Part shown: positions 28,761 through 38,930 of the stretch, one piece after another | Numbering within the stretch: position 1 is the first letter of the stretch | How the letters are laid out: each line of letters starts with the position of its first letter | Origin: a virus | Strand: one strand, 5' to 3' | Length of the DNA stretch: 64,000 bases | Virus record (IMG/VR): IMGVR_UViG_3300045988_161046 | Span: 1-64,000 of that record | Notes under the pieces: model-generated | Seen by the model: the letters and a program-made list of their open reading frames with translations, nothing else | The model's database searches: none | Told to the model about the DNA's origin: nothing | Position numbers and translations under genes: made by a program

Positions 28761-29009
28761 AATCTATATATTGTTTAAGATGAATATTCCAGTTTAAAAA
28801 GCGCCCTATGCTCACGCACCGGGGAGGTGTAGGAAAATGTGAATAAACAACCCTACATTGCTTTTGCTTGTAGTTATTGTAAATAAATACAGAACATCCT
28901 TTCGCTAAAGGTGTCTGCTATGAAACATTTACACAAATTCAATAATTTAACAATTAGAGCTTTAAAAATCTTCGATAAACTATATTGAATCTTAAAACAT
29001 GAATTACCA

Positions 29010-29321
29010 TTAATGAGTGATGAACCTTGTGCCATCTACTTCGAGTACCAGTATATCGTTAACCACGCGGATTTCTCCACTGTTTACGAACTGCACTTTT
29101 CTCTGATGACGCATAACATCCACCTTCAGGCAGACGCATTCACCTTCATCTACATGCCCAGTCTTGGTGAGGAACTTGATGTAGAACGATTTGCGCTTTA
29201 CGTTTCTCGCTGTCTGCGGATGAATATAGCCAGTTACCTGCTGTCCGCTACGTGGGTCTATCCACTGCCACTTCTCACAGAACTGACGAAGGTTCTGATA
29301 AGACTGATGATATTTTGCCAT
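29010..29321 (-). CDS. hypothetical protein
   Basis: Taken from the ORF track. Confidence 0.5.
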   Translation of the reverse strand: MAKYHQSYQNLRQFCEKWQWIDPRSGQQVTGYIHPQTARNVKRKSFYIKFLTKTGHVDEGECVCLKVDVMRHQRKVQFVNSGEIRVVNDILVLEVDGTRFITH

Positions 29322-29348
29322 AACTCTTTTCCATTAGTTTATGAATGC

Positions 29349-30065
29349 TTACATCATGCTCCCGAAGTCGTGATAATCGTGATGACTCTCCTGCGCTGCA
29401 TCTTCTGCATAAGGCGGGAAATCGGTGCTCAGAAAACGGTTGAGAATAGCATCTTTTACCTTCAGCTTATCCTTTTTTATCTTCTGGCGATGGCGCAAAG
29501 CATCAGGAAAACAGATGTTTCTCAATGGGTTTGACCAGTCGCAAGCATCATCACATGCCGAATAGTTAGGATAGAGCACCATCGAATAATACGAGAGCTT
29601 GCCCGTTGGCGTATCGAGCATCGGACCAGCTACAGTAAAAGCCTTTTCCTCGTTATAGAGCACCATGTGAGAAGTCTGTGCGGTTACGTCCTTATGACTC
29701 ACATATAAGATTCTATCCTTCCACTCCTGCAGGTGAATATCAATCCAGTCTTCCACATTCTTATCTGTAGAGAGCACCAGGTGGGTAACCCAACCTCGCT
29801 CAAAACACGTTTGCAGATAGTTGATGATATAGCCAGTGGCAGATGTTCTGCTTACGGTCATCGCCAGCACCATCACGCAGAAATGGTTTTTCTTTGTGCG
29901 GTTGGGCGTGGTATCTACCATATAGCCTATGGCGTGGAAGAATTTATCTACCAGCACATCGCCGTGAGTAAAAAAGCTCAATGCCCGCCGTGGTGCTTGC
30001 ATCACGGCTTTGGGCAGTTTTTTATCCACGCAACAAGGGGGGATAAAGAGCAAAGTATCGTCCAT
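29349..30065 (-). CDS. hypothetical protein
   Basis: Taken from the ORF track. It lies directly upstream of dnaN. Confidence 0.55.
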   Translation of the reverse strand: MDDTLLFIPPCCVDKKLPKAVMQAPRRALSFFTHGDVLVDKFFHAIGYMVDTTPNRTKKNHFCVMVLAMTVSRTSATGYIINYLQTCFERGWVTHLVLSTDKNVEDWIDIHLQEWKDRILYVSHKDVTAQTSHMVLYNEEKAFTVAGPMLDTPTGKLSYYSMVLYPNYSACDDACDWSNPLRNICFPDALRHRQKIKKDKLKVKDAILNRFLSTDFPPYAEDAAQESHHDYHDFGSMM

Positions 30066-30099
30066 AATCTTATCTCTATCTTATTCGTTCGATGTAAGT

Positions 30100-31293
30100 T
30101 TATTCTTCAATAATCATCGGCATGAGCAGCGTCAATGCTCGTGGTGATGGCTCATTGGCTGTGATGACACCAGCGCGGCTCGGGTCGCCCAGATGCAGAC
30201 AGATGGTATCGCTAGGGATAGGTGCCAGTGAGTCGAGCAGACTGCTTGCCTTGAAAGCGATGCGATGGTCTTCCGGACAAGTGCTATCCGTGATAATTAC
30301 CTGGTCGTTTGCTGCCATGTTGAAGTCGAGGTCTCGCGCTGCCACATCGAGGAACATACCTTCCCTATTGAGCACAATCATGTTGCTGCTTTCACTTGCA
30401 AACAGAGCCACACGTTTTACAACATTTGCCAACTCACGTTTGTCAACTACCACCTTATAAGGGTTATTCTTTGGGATAACCGAGTTGTAGTTAGGGTACT
30501 GACCTGACACCTTCTTGCAGATGAAGGTAATATCGCCCGAAGTAAAGCGCACCATGGTTTCGTTTGCCTCAATATCGATGTCCTCGCAATCCTCGAAAAC
30601 GGAAAGGGTTCTGAAGTAGGCGTTATGTACGAGAATCTTACCTGGTGTACCATCACGGAAGAAATCGCTGCCACCAGTCTCAGGATTGTTGGTATGAATG
30701 AGTTTGATGAGTCGGTGGCCATCCGATGCCACAAAAGTCACATCACTTCGGTCCTCGGCTACATCGATGCAGAGGCACTTCATAATCGGTCGCAACTCAG
30801 AATCGGAAACAAACTTTCCGGCATGAGCGAGCACGTTCTTGAAGGTTGCCATCGGAAGGGCGATATGAATATCAGCATTGTTAGGCTGCTGCGCACGAGG
30901 AAAATTCTCTGCACTGAAATAAACCAGACTTACGTTACCCTTCTTTACATTCTCGCCGTTCTGAATGCAATACTCGATATTCATATTGCGTTCTTTATCC
31001 TGCGAGAGGTCGAGAGTAATCGCACAATCAGGGAGCGTAGAGAGGAGCGAAAGCAGATTACCGATAGGCAGAACTACATCTTCCTTGAAGCTGCCATCTA
31101 CGATACTGAGAGGCGCAGGTATAATGAGTTCCGAATCAGTGGTTCCGGCTACGAAGAAGAACTTACCATCCTCCTTACGCTGGATAAGGAGCACGTTGCT
31201 GAGTGCTACGATGGTTGACTTGCTGTCAATACACTTCGCTGCTTTCTGAAGAGCCTGGCGAAGCAATATAGATGATTGAGCTTGTATTTTCAT
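30100..31293 (-). CDS. dnaN: DNA polymerase III beta sliding clamp homologue
   Basis: Its size is 397 aa. The N-terminus reads LLRQALQKAAKCIDSKSTIVALSNVLL. It carries the hallmark motif FVASDGHRLIK, then SGQYPNYNSVIP, and ends in LLMPMIIEE. This layout is typical of DnaN. Confidence 0.8.
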   Translation of the reverse strand: MKIQAQSSILLRQALQKAAKCIDSKSTIVALSNVLLIQRKEDGKFFFVAGTTDSELIIPAPLSIVDGSFKEDVVLPIGNLLSLLSTLPDCAITLDLSQDKERNMNIEYCIQNGENVKKGNVSLVYFSAENFPRAQQPNNADIHIALPMATFKNVLAHAGKFVSDSELRPIMKCLCIDVAEDRSDVTFVASDGHRLIKLIHTNNPETGGSDFFRDGTPGKILVHNAYFRTLSVFEDCEDIDIEANETMVRFTSGDITFICKKVSGQYPNYNSVIPKNNPYKVVVDKRELANVVKRVALFASESSNMIVLNREGMFLDVAARDLDFNMAANDQVIITDSTCPEDHRIAFKASSLLDSLAPIPSDTICLHLGDPSRAGVITANEPSPRALTLLMPMIIEE

Positions 31294-31323
31294 TTTTGTT
31301 TATTCTTTACTTTTGTTATTACG

Positions 31324-31353
31324 GACCAGCGATGGAATCGCTGGGAACGGAGG
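31324..31353 (+). repeat. R1 hairpin element copy E3
   Basis: The sequence is GACCAGCGATGGAATCGCTGGGAACGGAGG. It abuts the stop of the SSB-like gene. Confidence 0.85.
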
Positions 31354-31950
31354 TTAGAACGGCAGATCGTCTTCGTTCGGCATATCTGGGTATCCCTGAC
31401 CGTCAGCTGGCGGTACATAGGCTGTGGCGTTTCCTGCAGAGCCATAGGCTTGCTGCGGATATGGCTGCTGATTAGCAGTTAACTGCGGCTGGAAGAGAGA
31501 GGCGATTCGCTTATTCATGCGGGTACGGATAGCCTTAAAGAGGTGGCTATTTTCATCGTTGAAGTCCTGGTTCACAATGTCAGGGTCTTTTTCTTTTCCA
31601 GCTTCCTTCACCTGCTCTACGAGCTTTGGGAATCTCTGGGCTACAGCCTTGACGTAATCAACCGAATAAGAAATCTTCATCTCGTGGGTAGGCACACTTT
31701 TGTTGGTGTCTCCACGCTCGGCGTTGCTCTGACGTATCTTATTCTTATACGCGTCATTGAAAGGGTCGATGATAACTCTCATCTTAGCCACCTGCTTACT
31801 TGCATCATTTTTAGATGCCTCTACTCTAATCTCGTTCACATCTAACGGAATGCAAACGTATGGACGTTGTGCATTCTTCTCGTCGAGACCAATCAGAACC
31901 TTCGCTCCGTTCAGGGAGAGAAGGTCAATATTACCGGAAAAACTTGCCAT
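31354..31950 (-). CDS. putative single-stranded DNA-binding protein (non-canonical N-terminal domain, SSB-like tail)
   Basis: It has a Q/P/G/Y-rich linker and an acidic tip ...NEDDLPF like the bacterial SSB C-terminus (DDDIPF). It lies between dnaN and the primase gene. Confidence 0.5.
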   Translation of the reverse strand: MASFSGNIDLLSLNGAKVLIGLDEKNAQRPYVCIPLDVNEIRVEASKNDASKQVAKMRVIIDPFNDAYKNKIRQSNAERGDTNKSVPTHEMKISYSVDYVKAVAQRFPKLVEQVKEAGKEKDPDIVNQDFNDENSHLFKAIRTRMNKRIASLFQPQLTANQQPYPQQAYGSAGNATAYVPPADGQGYPDMPNEDDLPF

Positions 31951-32025
31951 ATACTTATTATATTCTATAAAAATTCGATTTCTTTGTTTCTTCTTTCTTT
32001 GCCATTTTTGCTTTAACTTAAAGAT

Positions 32026-32065
32026 GACCAGCGATAGAATCGCTGGGAACGGAGACGCAAAGGGG
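32026..32065 (+). repeat. R1 hairpin element copy E4, followed by an inverted R2 tract (32066-32095)
   Basis: The sequence is GACCAGCGATAGAATCGCTGGGAACGGAGACGCAAAGGGG followed by ttaaggttctttttaccattttaccttta. Confidence 0.9.
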
Positions 32066-32091
32066 TTAAGGTTCTTTTTACCATTTTACCT

Positions 32092-35000
32092 TTAAAAAGG
32101 CAGGGTATCTTTATCTATTTCCTCTACCGTGGCTTCTGCGGTACTGCCATTCTGAGCATTCTGGGCGGCTACAAATCTGCCCTGCTTACGCTTCTGATAG
32201 GCATTCCAGCGTTCTTCTTCTTCGGTTGTGAGCTGTACGATATGACCTTCATCATCACGATATGGTAATGGGTCTGGATTTTCTACAAACTCCTTGGCTA
32301 TACGCTTCAGTTCCTTGTAGTCGGTCGGTATCGTATCCTTGCCAGGCCGATAGAAGAAGAACACATGCTTAGAGGTTTGAATGTAACGGATGAACTTCGG
32401 TTCTATAGTGTTATCATTCTCCCACTCCCTACCTACGAAGTACTCCTGCGTTACCCATGCCTTCATCTTGAAGCAGTTGCGTTGCTTGTCGCTCACGTTC
32501 TCGAAGAGATGTTCAGGGTTGCACTTGATATTCGCCGATTCACAATACTTATGAATTTTCTTCTTGAAGGTGGCTCGGCTATACTCCTTGCTTTTGCCCT
32601 CACTGGCATCAGCCCAGTCACGGATAAACTCATTGAACATTTCATCGGCACAAATCGGAACACCGTAAACTTCTTCCCTAGAGAAGAAGAACTCGAAGTA
32701 GCGCACGCAACTCTCCGTAATCTCCGAAATCATATTACGTCTTCGCAGGTTCAACTGAGGAGCCTTGCTCACTACGTGATAGCGCATCATAAACTGCACG
32801 GCTAGAGCGGTGATGTAGATAGCCTGATTTCTTGCTATATCAGGTAATTTTTCGGGGTCTGGATTGAAACCCTTCAGAATGTCACCAGGTGATCTTGCCA
32901 TCTTGCGCTTCAACGTATTTTCTCGTGCGAAGCGGTTAGAGAAGGCTATCTGCGGAAAACGTCCTGCCGTAGAATCTACTCCACCATCATAAGGAAAGTT
33001 GGATGATATGATATGCAGAGGCGAATCCTTTAGACTGAGCGTTTTTATATCCGCTCCCTTACACTCCAACGTAACACCAGTGGTTGCCATCACGTAGAAA
33101 TAGTCCATCGGAAAAGATTTCGGGCGGTCCTCCCAGTGTATCGCTCGATACATGCCAGGGTTATGCTGTATCTCGCCCAGACTGAAACGGGCATCGGCAG
33201 TGGTGATGAATCGCTTCATATCGATGTTCAGTACATTGACTGCCGAACCTACAAACACACGCACCACCATGGATTTACCCGAACCACCCGAAGCCTGCTT
33301 CTCGTCTTCAATCTGATCTTCCAGCAGATAAGGGATGCTCTGACTATCGGTACCCGAGAAATCTCTGTAACATACCCTACCTATACCGGAAACCATATTC
33401 ACGAAATGGGCATTGATGATTGACTTGTCTTCTTCCGATAGCTCATGCTTGCTTCTGTCGGCTTCCATCTCCTCCTGCCAAAGCACATTTGAGCAACCGC
33501 GCAGAATACGGAGCATAGGCCACAATTCTCTATCTTTCTTACCTCGCCAGTCAACATCCCACCTGTAAACGGTACCCCACTCTCGCAGGTCGTTTTTCAT
33601 CTGACTGATTTCAAAGATGCTGAATACTGGCGAACCGTCCTCATTCTTCTGCGCTTCCTTCTGCGCTATCTCGTTTTCCCTACGGGTATATTCATCACTT
33701 TGCTTGATGATGAACGGCGGGTCGAAATGACGCATAGTAAAGTCGTATGGCTTTCTGGCAGTGGCAGGGATAAAAAAGTTGCACTGGTCGTAACTGATAG
33801 GAGTGATATACTCCGGTGTTATCTTCAATGCCACGTTGCGGAAATAGAAATATTCTACGTTCTCGCTGTAACCTTCCGTAAAATCGATGACGATACTCTG
33901 CAATCCTCCGGCAGATTTTTCTGAGAAATTCTTGTCTATCAGATTGGCGCAATCGCTCATCAACTTCTGTTCCTGCTCGTTATGTCTCCAACTCTGTTCG
34001 CAAAACTCCAAGAGTTTTTCCTTTGTTGCCTGTATGATGCTCTTTCCGTCGATGTATTCGACAAAGCATCGGTCGAGGTGGATAAACTGACCTACGAGGT
34101 CATTGCTTTCCGGGTCGATTTTGCGGTAATATCCGTGACTCGTCATAAAAAGCCACACCTTAGTAGGCGAAATCTTACAGGTGCAAGGTTTTTGCTTGCC
34201 ACTGCGGGGGTCTCTCGGATATTCTATATCGAAGGGGTCGGTGTTCTTGGCTCCCCGAAGCTTGGAGAATAATGGCAGACGAATATCATGGTCGAACCGG
34301 AAATTGTCTTCATCAGACATACGATACGTGAGCATGTAATCTCTTACGCTCCTCGGTGTGCAACCATAGAGCCATTGCCAGCGCTGGTTATAGCGCACAC
34401 GGAAAGACTCAGGCAGCATGGCATAACAAATATCACTGAATTTGGTGGCGATGGCACCGCAGTTGCGCTGCGATGTAATATCATTTGGATAGATCATAAT
34501 AACCCTTTCGGCAAATCGCTTCATCTTTTGATATTGCACACCGCTGAAGTCCAGTTTTTCCTGCCTCCACTCACCTCTTTCTATATACCAGAAATAGCCT
34601 CTGCCAATAGAAAAGGCTACGTGGTACCAGCTATTCTTTTCAAAGAACTTGTCGCCAGCCTTATCCTTTCGTAAGGATTGCATGGCGTAATAGACGCTCA
34701 ATGCGTCTTCGGGTGTTCGGCAGAAAACGATGTTCTGAGCCTTAATGTCACCTACTTCTATAGGTTTCTTTTCAGGATGAAAAGTGCCTTTCGGTTCTCC
34801 ATCCTTGGTTTCGTTCTCTACCCATATTTCTTTTTCCTCTGTATAGACCTCATCAGGCTGATATTTCTTGATAGCAGCATAAACAGCGGTATTCTCAGCC
34901 GTTCTGTTTTCGGCTGCATGAACAAACACCGGGTCTCCCATGAGCCATTTGCTCACCTTCCTCACGCTATGCTCCTCACAGGTAGAGAAGACGATCGGGT

Positions 35001-35775
35001 CTTGCTGCATTGCCGGACGGAAAAAGCAGCCGCAGCTTCCCTGCGGGGCTATCACGTCTGTGGCGAAGCAGACGAACAGCGGATTCCAGGGCGTTCCGTA
35101 AATCACTTCACTTACCAGTTGCCCGTTTCTCACCACATTAGGCAGCGTTACCTGGTCCACGGCATAGATGCGGAAATCCTCGTTCAACATCTTGGTATTG
35201 AAGTCCTTTCCGAAGCCGTATTGCGGGATTCCCTTAACCGATGTGACTTCGCACCCCAGGGCTGCAAGCTCCTGGGGATTGAAATCTGTTTTTGGCATAA
35301 ATGAGAAAGTTTCTATCGTTTGTGGAGCGATTGTGCGATAATCCATCTTTGCAAAGAGCATCGGCCATTTGGCTCTCGTCTTCTCGTTGTCGCCATACAC
35401 CCTCACGATGAGGTCATGGCACAGACGCAGCAGACTGGCTCCGTGCATCGGCAGGTTGCGCATGGCGGCATAAAGCTCTAAGGCTCCATAGCCATACTTG
35501 CCGGTCTTGGTACACATCCAGCGCAGGGCACCATGCTCTGCCTTGGAATTGTCTTCCACCCCTACACCGTTATACATACCGCCTCGCTCATTATTGTAGA
35601 TAATGAGGTGAGGAGTCTGTTTTGCCTTGCCCTGCTCGCCATCGTCTGCCTCTTCCTTCTGGCAGAGCGGACAGAAACAGGCTGTCTGTCCCTCGATGCG
35701 CTGCTCATCGGCAGGTTTTACGAGGAATTGCATGTCGAGATTGGCAATCTGGTTCAATATAGGGTGAAATAACAT
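32092..35775 (-). CDS. large replication protein: putative primase fused to a P-loop NTPase (helicase-like)
   Basis: Its size is 1227 aa. The N-terminus has a CPLC zinc-ribbon-like motif. It has a Walker A QASGGSGKSMVV with a downstream acidic Walker B-like segment. It ends in DKDTLPF. Its position in the replication module supports the call, but the domain family is not verified. Confidence 0.55.
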   Translation of the reverse strand: MLFHPILNQIANLDMQFLVKPADEQRIEGQTACFCPLCQKEEADDGEQGKAKQTPHLIIYNNERGGMYNGVGVEDNSKAEHGALRWMCTKTGKYGYGALELYAAMRNLPMHGASLLRLCHDLIVRVYGDNEKTRAKWPMLFAKMDYRTIAPQTIETFSFMPKTDFNPQELAALGCEVTSVKGIPQYGFGKDFNTKMLNEDFRIYAVDQVTLPNVVRNGQLVSEVIYGTPWNPLFVCFATDVIAPQGSCGCFFRPAMQQDPIVFSTCEEHSVRKVSKWLMGDPVFVHAAENRTAENTAVYAAIKKYQPDEVYTEEKEIWVENETKDGEPKGTFHPEKKPIEVGDIKAQNIVFCRTPEDALSVYYAMQSLRKDKAGDKFFEKNSWYHVAFSIGRGYFWYIERGEWRQEKLDFSGVQYQKMKRFAERVIMIYPNDITSQRNCGAIATKFSDICYAMLPESFRVRYNQRWQWLYGCTPRSVRDYMLTYRMSDEDNFRFDHDIRLPLFSKLRGAKNTDPFDIEYPRDPRSGKQKPCTCKISPTKVWLFMTSHGYYRKIDPESNDLVGQFIHLDRCFVEYIDGKSIIQATKEKLLEFCEQSWRHNEQEQKLMSDCANLIDKNFSEKSAGGLQSIVIDFTEGYSENVEYFYFRNVALKITPEYITPISYDQCNFFIPATARKPYDFTMRHFDPPFIIKQSDEYTRRENEIAQKEAQKNEDGSPVFSIFEISQMKNDLREWGTVYRWDVDWRGKKDRELWPMLRILRGCSNVLWQEEMEADRSKHELSEEDKSIINAHFVNMVSGIGRVCYRDFSGTDSQSIPYLLEDQIEDEKQASGGSGKSMVVRVFVGSAVNVLNIDMKRFITTADARFSLGEIQHNPGMYRAIHWEDRPKSFPMDYFYVMATTGVTLECKGADIKTLSLKDSPLHIISSNFPYDGGVDSTAGRFPQIAFSNRFARENTLKRKMARSPGDILKGFNPDPEKLPDIARNQAIYITALAVQFMMRYHVVSKAPQLNLRRRNMISEITESCVRYFEFFFSREEVYGVPICADEMFNEFIRDWADASEGKSKEYSRATFKKKIHKYCESANIKCNPEHLFENVSDKQRNCFKMKAWVTQEYFVGREWENDNTIEPKFIRYIQTSKHVFFFYRPGKDTIPTDYKELKRIAKEFVENPDPLPYRDDEGHIVQLTTEEEERWNAYQKRKQGRFVAAQNAQNGSTAEATVEEIDKDTLPF

Positions 35776-35833
35776 ATCTTACAGTAAGAGTATTTATAGA
35801 GTTAAAAGAGAAGGGGAAGTCACCACTCTTTTC

Positions 35834-35900
35834 AGTTGATAGTTTATAGTTGATACTTTATAGGACCGGCCTATTAACTTTTAACTATCACTTATCAACT
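35834..35900. repeat. four GTTGATA-type boxes (two direct, two inverted) upstream of the primase gene
   Basis: The direct copies are agttgatag (35834-42) and agttgatac (35848-56). The inverted copies are aactatca and cttatcaact (35883-35900). Confidence 0.7.
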
Positions 35901-36465
35901 AAATGCGAAGGGTAGGCAAAACTTCAAGTGTTTACACCTTGCCGGCTTATATTCGGGGCGGGCGGTCGGAGCATTTGAAAATCTGTAGTACCCGTCCACT
36001 GAATATTCCTAACGCCAAGACGCGGCATAACGCTAATCACGTCTTTCCATAGCACCGGCAAAGATGCAGTGTACAGCGTAGTCGTGGAACATTGCTGCTT
36101 CCACTACCCTTGCATAAGAGCGTTTCCAGAATGCCTCCCCTATTCTCTTTATGTCAACGTTTCAAAGAAAGAAGAACTTTCGGGGCAATACCGCCAAAGT
36201 TCGAGGATGCCTTGTTACCGCATCGATAAGTATTCCCAGGCTTTTTAATCAGACTTTTTGCTTATCGTTCCGAGACTGCGGTGGAGGGTATCAACTTATC
36301 AGTGAAGCTTTGCAGCGTTCACTTATTACCCGTCCAGTTCTTCCTGTCATTTTAACCGATGGATCGGTTGTCTAACAAAATAAAAATCGGAAACGAAGTG
36401 TATATCGTACCAAAGTTTGCATGATGTCATGCAGAATATCTTTTATTTTTTCATATCTTTATGTT

Positions 36466-36882
36466 TTATAAATTCAGAAATGTTTCCAGGCGATAATGCC
36501 TTATCTTGCAGTTACAGATGGTTTCCATGCGGTGTACTATCATCTGCGAGAGACTTTCCATCGTGAGGAATTCGGTATCTAGACCGATAATCTGCACCTC
36601 CTGCCTCCAATAGATCTTGCCGTTCTTGCGGCGGCAACTGTGCGAAGGCGTAATAATCATATCTTCCACACTGCCCGTCATCATCCTGCAAAGATACTCA
36701 CAGGTATCTTTTAGCAAGGCAAAGGGCGCATAGAAGAGGAGAGTCGGAATATCATCCTTCAGTCCGCTCATCGTCTCGGTATAGGCGAAACGATGCAGCA
36801 TTCTGTATCGTGATAGGTTCCTATGCCTCTTCTGTATGCCATTCCGGTTAGGGATATAGGGCAAATCAAACAGTCTTGGCAT
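36466..36882 (-). CDS. hypothetical protein
   Basis: Taken from the ORF track. Confidence 0.5.
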   Translation of the reverse strand: MPRLFDLPYIPNRNGIQKRHRNLSRYRMLHRFAYTETMSGLKDDIPTLLFYAPFALLKDTCEYLCRMMTGSVEDMIITPSHSCRRKNGKIYWRQEVQIIGLDTEFLTMESLSQMIVHRMETICNCKIRHYRLETFLNL

Positions 36883-37579
36883 AGCCTTCTCTTATCTTTT
36901 TCATCATCTGCCAGGTGGAGTAGATACTTCGCTTGCAGTCGAAAATCGGGTCATGCGCCGCACTTTCATCCGTAATGTCCTTATAGTCCGTAGTCAGGGC
37001 ATTAGCCTTGTCTAGGTCAAAAGGTTCTTCGTTTGGCTCGGCTGAATCCCATACGATTCTCGCAAGTTCAAGATAGAACGTGCGATGATCTCTCAGTTGG
37101 GTATGCTTAATCTGGAACTTGATGCACAGCTTGTAGCAGATATATCTCAAGATCGCCACATCGAAGTCAGTACCCTGCGCCCAAAGGCAAAGTTCTTCAT
37201 CACCGAGCTTCTTTTTAATATAGGCTATCCATCCGAACAGGTCGTTCACGACCACATCTATTGGCTGGCAGGGTGCCTCGTCGCTGTCATTGCCGAGCAA
37301 GGCAGCTTTTGCATCATCGCTCTGTTTGCTCCACCAGTCTGCCGTCGATTGATCGAAGGTGAAGCCATTCAGGAACATGCTCCTCAGGTCAATGTGAGCA
37401 GAGAATGTAGAGTTTCTTAACACACCATCACCATTCTCAAAGAATGGTGATTCTTTACCGTAGCGCTTCCACGCCACCGCGCCGATACTCATCACGGCAG
37501 CGGTGGGCGAAAGCGAACAGGTTTCTAAATCAACAGTTACATCTATCATATATGTAGTTACGATTTCTTGGCTTAACAT
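36866..37579 (-). CDS. DEDDh 3'-5' exonuclease (DnaQ-like)
   Basis: The Exo I motif is VTVDLETCS. The Exo II-like motif is WAQGTDFDVAILRY. The Exo III motif is AAHDPIFDC (H-x4-D). Confidence 0.7.
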   Translation of the reverse strand: MLSQEIVTTYMIDVTVDLETCSLSPTAAVMSIGAVAWKRYGKESPFFENGDGVLRNSTFSAHIDLRSMFLNGFTFDQSTADWWSKQSDDAKAALLGNDSDEAPCQPIDVVVNDLFGWIAYIKKKLGDEELCLWAQGTDFDVAILRYICYKLCIKFQIKHTQLRDHRTFYLELARIVWDSAEPNEEPFDLDKANALTTDYKDITDESAAHDPIFDCKRSIYSTWQMMKKIREGYAKTV

Positions 37580-38070
37580 TCAACATTGAACGCTTCTAAA
37601 AGCGTTCTGATTCCTTCCTTCTCCCATGGCTTCCAGTCGTCAGCGGTGAAACGCTTGATGATGGTGGTACGACTCATGCCCCGCTCCTCCATAAAGGCAA
37701 AGAACTTCATGCAGAGGCCATTGTTGGCTTTCTTCAGACAGGTGTAGAACACACCAGGCTCATCACTCTTGGCAAGTTCTGCCAGATAGCCTTTCTTACC
37801 TATCTCGTTGCCCAGCGCATCGGTTTCAACATACTCAGCCAATAGCTTACCTACTTCCGGTATAGCTAAAAACTGATTTTTGCAGTCGTTTATGCCCTGA
37901 ATCTCCCAGCCGTCGAAACCTTTCTGGAAGAAACGGAGATAAAATGTAGAAATAGTGAAGCCCTTAACTGATAAAAACTCAGCTAAATTCTTCTTTTCCT
38001 CCACCGAAATATCATTTACCTCTAATGGAGTGTTTTTTCTACATATTTTTTCTATAAATTCCTTTGTCAT
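37573..38070 (-). CDS. hypothetical protein (start trimmed to MTKEFIEK)
   Basis: The ORF track gives 37573..38127. A -7 box at 38097-38104 lies inside the longer version. The protein ends in ...NVEC, encoded by an R3 TGTTGAA tract. Confidence 0.5.
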   Translation of the reverse strand: MTKEFIEKICRKNTPLEVNDISVEEKKNLAEFLSVKGFTISTFYLRFFQKGFDGWEIQGINDCKNQFLAIPEVGKLLAEYVETDALGNEIGKKGYLAELAKSDEPGVFYTCLKKANNGLCMKFFAFMEERGMSRTTIIKRFTADDWKPWEKEGIRTLLEAFNVEC

Positions 38071-38096
38071 TTCGATTTTATTTCTTAATTTTGGTG

Positions 38097-38104
38097 CAAA
38101 TTTA
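38097..38104 (-). promoter_or_regulatory. -7 box TAAATTTG (minus strand)
   Basis: It matches TAnnTTTG about 27 nt upstream of the ATG at 38070. Confidence 0.45.
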
Positions 38105-38240
38105 AAGAATAAAATTATAGCTACCAAATGTTACCTATATTTTCTTTCAGAAATTATGGTAATTTAACATAGGCTACATATATTAATTAATTTCGAGATA
38201 AACAGATTAGAATTATTCACCTTTAAAATGTATTTGATAT

Positions 38241-38930
38241 ATGAAGTACTTTTATAATTACAGCTTCCTCGACAAGTGGATGGAAGCAAATAGGAAAATC
38301 ACCAATAGAGAAATTATGAAGGCTATGGGTACCACGAGCAATGCGTGCCTGGATAGCTGGATAAGAATGAAGTCTCCACTGCCTACCATCTCCCTGCTGC
38401 GCTTCTGCAATGCGTTTCATGTGCCGCTGTCGGCTTTTATTGTAGATGCGGATAAAGACCAACAAGGCAGTGAAGGATGCTGCGGTGCGGGGTATGTATG
38501 CCCTGGTATAGATGACCAGTTTGAGCCGGATGGGGGATATATAGATAATGATGAGAAGCGCAAACAGGGGACGAGGGCGCTGCGCAATCCCCTCGATGTG
38601 GAGAGGATGGAGTCGGTGGTACCTGGGTGGACCAGCGTTGGAAACGCTGGGAACGGAGGCGCAAAGGGACACAAGACAAGAGAAGAGGATAAGGAGGCTG
38701 CTGCTGCACCTATGAATGCTGCTGCGCCTACCCCGATGGCAGAAAAAGCTGCAAACGCAGAACCGGACATCAGCCTAAAGACCCTTAACCGCATGCTCGA
38801 TATTATTGCTGAACAGCAGAAACAGATAGGCGATCAGCAAAAGCTCATCAGCGAACTCACCCACCGTCTGGAATCTCAGCAGCCTAGCTACAACATGGTA
38901 GCAGAAGAGATACATCGTAACGAGGAATAA
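38241..38930 (+). CDS. HTH (XRE-like) DNA-binding protein with low-complexity linker and C-terminal coiled coil
   Basis: The HTH-like segment is ITNREIMKAMGTTSNACLDSWIRMKSPLPTISLLRFCNAFHVPLSAF. It is a plus-strand gene divergent from 37573..38070. It contains R1 copy E8 in frame. Confidence 0.5.
   Translation: MKYFYNYSFLDKWMEANRKITNREIMKAMGTTSNACLDSWIRMKSPLPTISLLRFCNAFHVPLSAFIVDADKDQQGSEGCCGAGYVCPGIDDQFEPDGGYIDNDEKRKQGTRALRNPLDVERMESVVPGWTSVGNAGNGGAKGHKTREEDKEAAAAPMNAAAPTPMAEKAANAEPDISLKTLNRMLDIIAEQQKQIGDQQKLISELTHRLESQQPSYNMVAEEIHRNEE
38631..38669 (+). repeat. R1 hairpin element copy E8 (inside a plus-strand coding sequence)
   Basis: The sequence is GACCAGCGTTGGAAACGCTGGGAACGGAGGCGCAAAGGG. 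The stem carries a compensatory AT>TT / AT>AA change. Confidence 0.85.

Noticed and set aside
29349-30065. A possible PLD/HKD nuclease motif in ORF 29349..30065 (..VSHKDVTAQTSH..)
   Set aside because: The spacing does not fit HxK(x)4D(x)6GSxN. There is no GSxN. I leave it as hypothetical.
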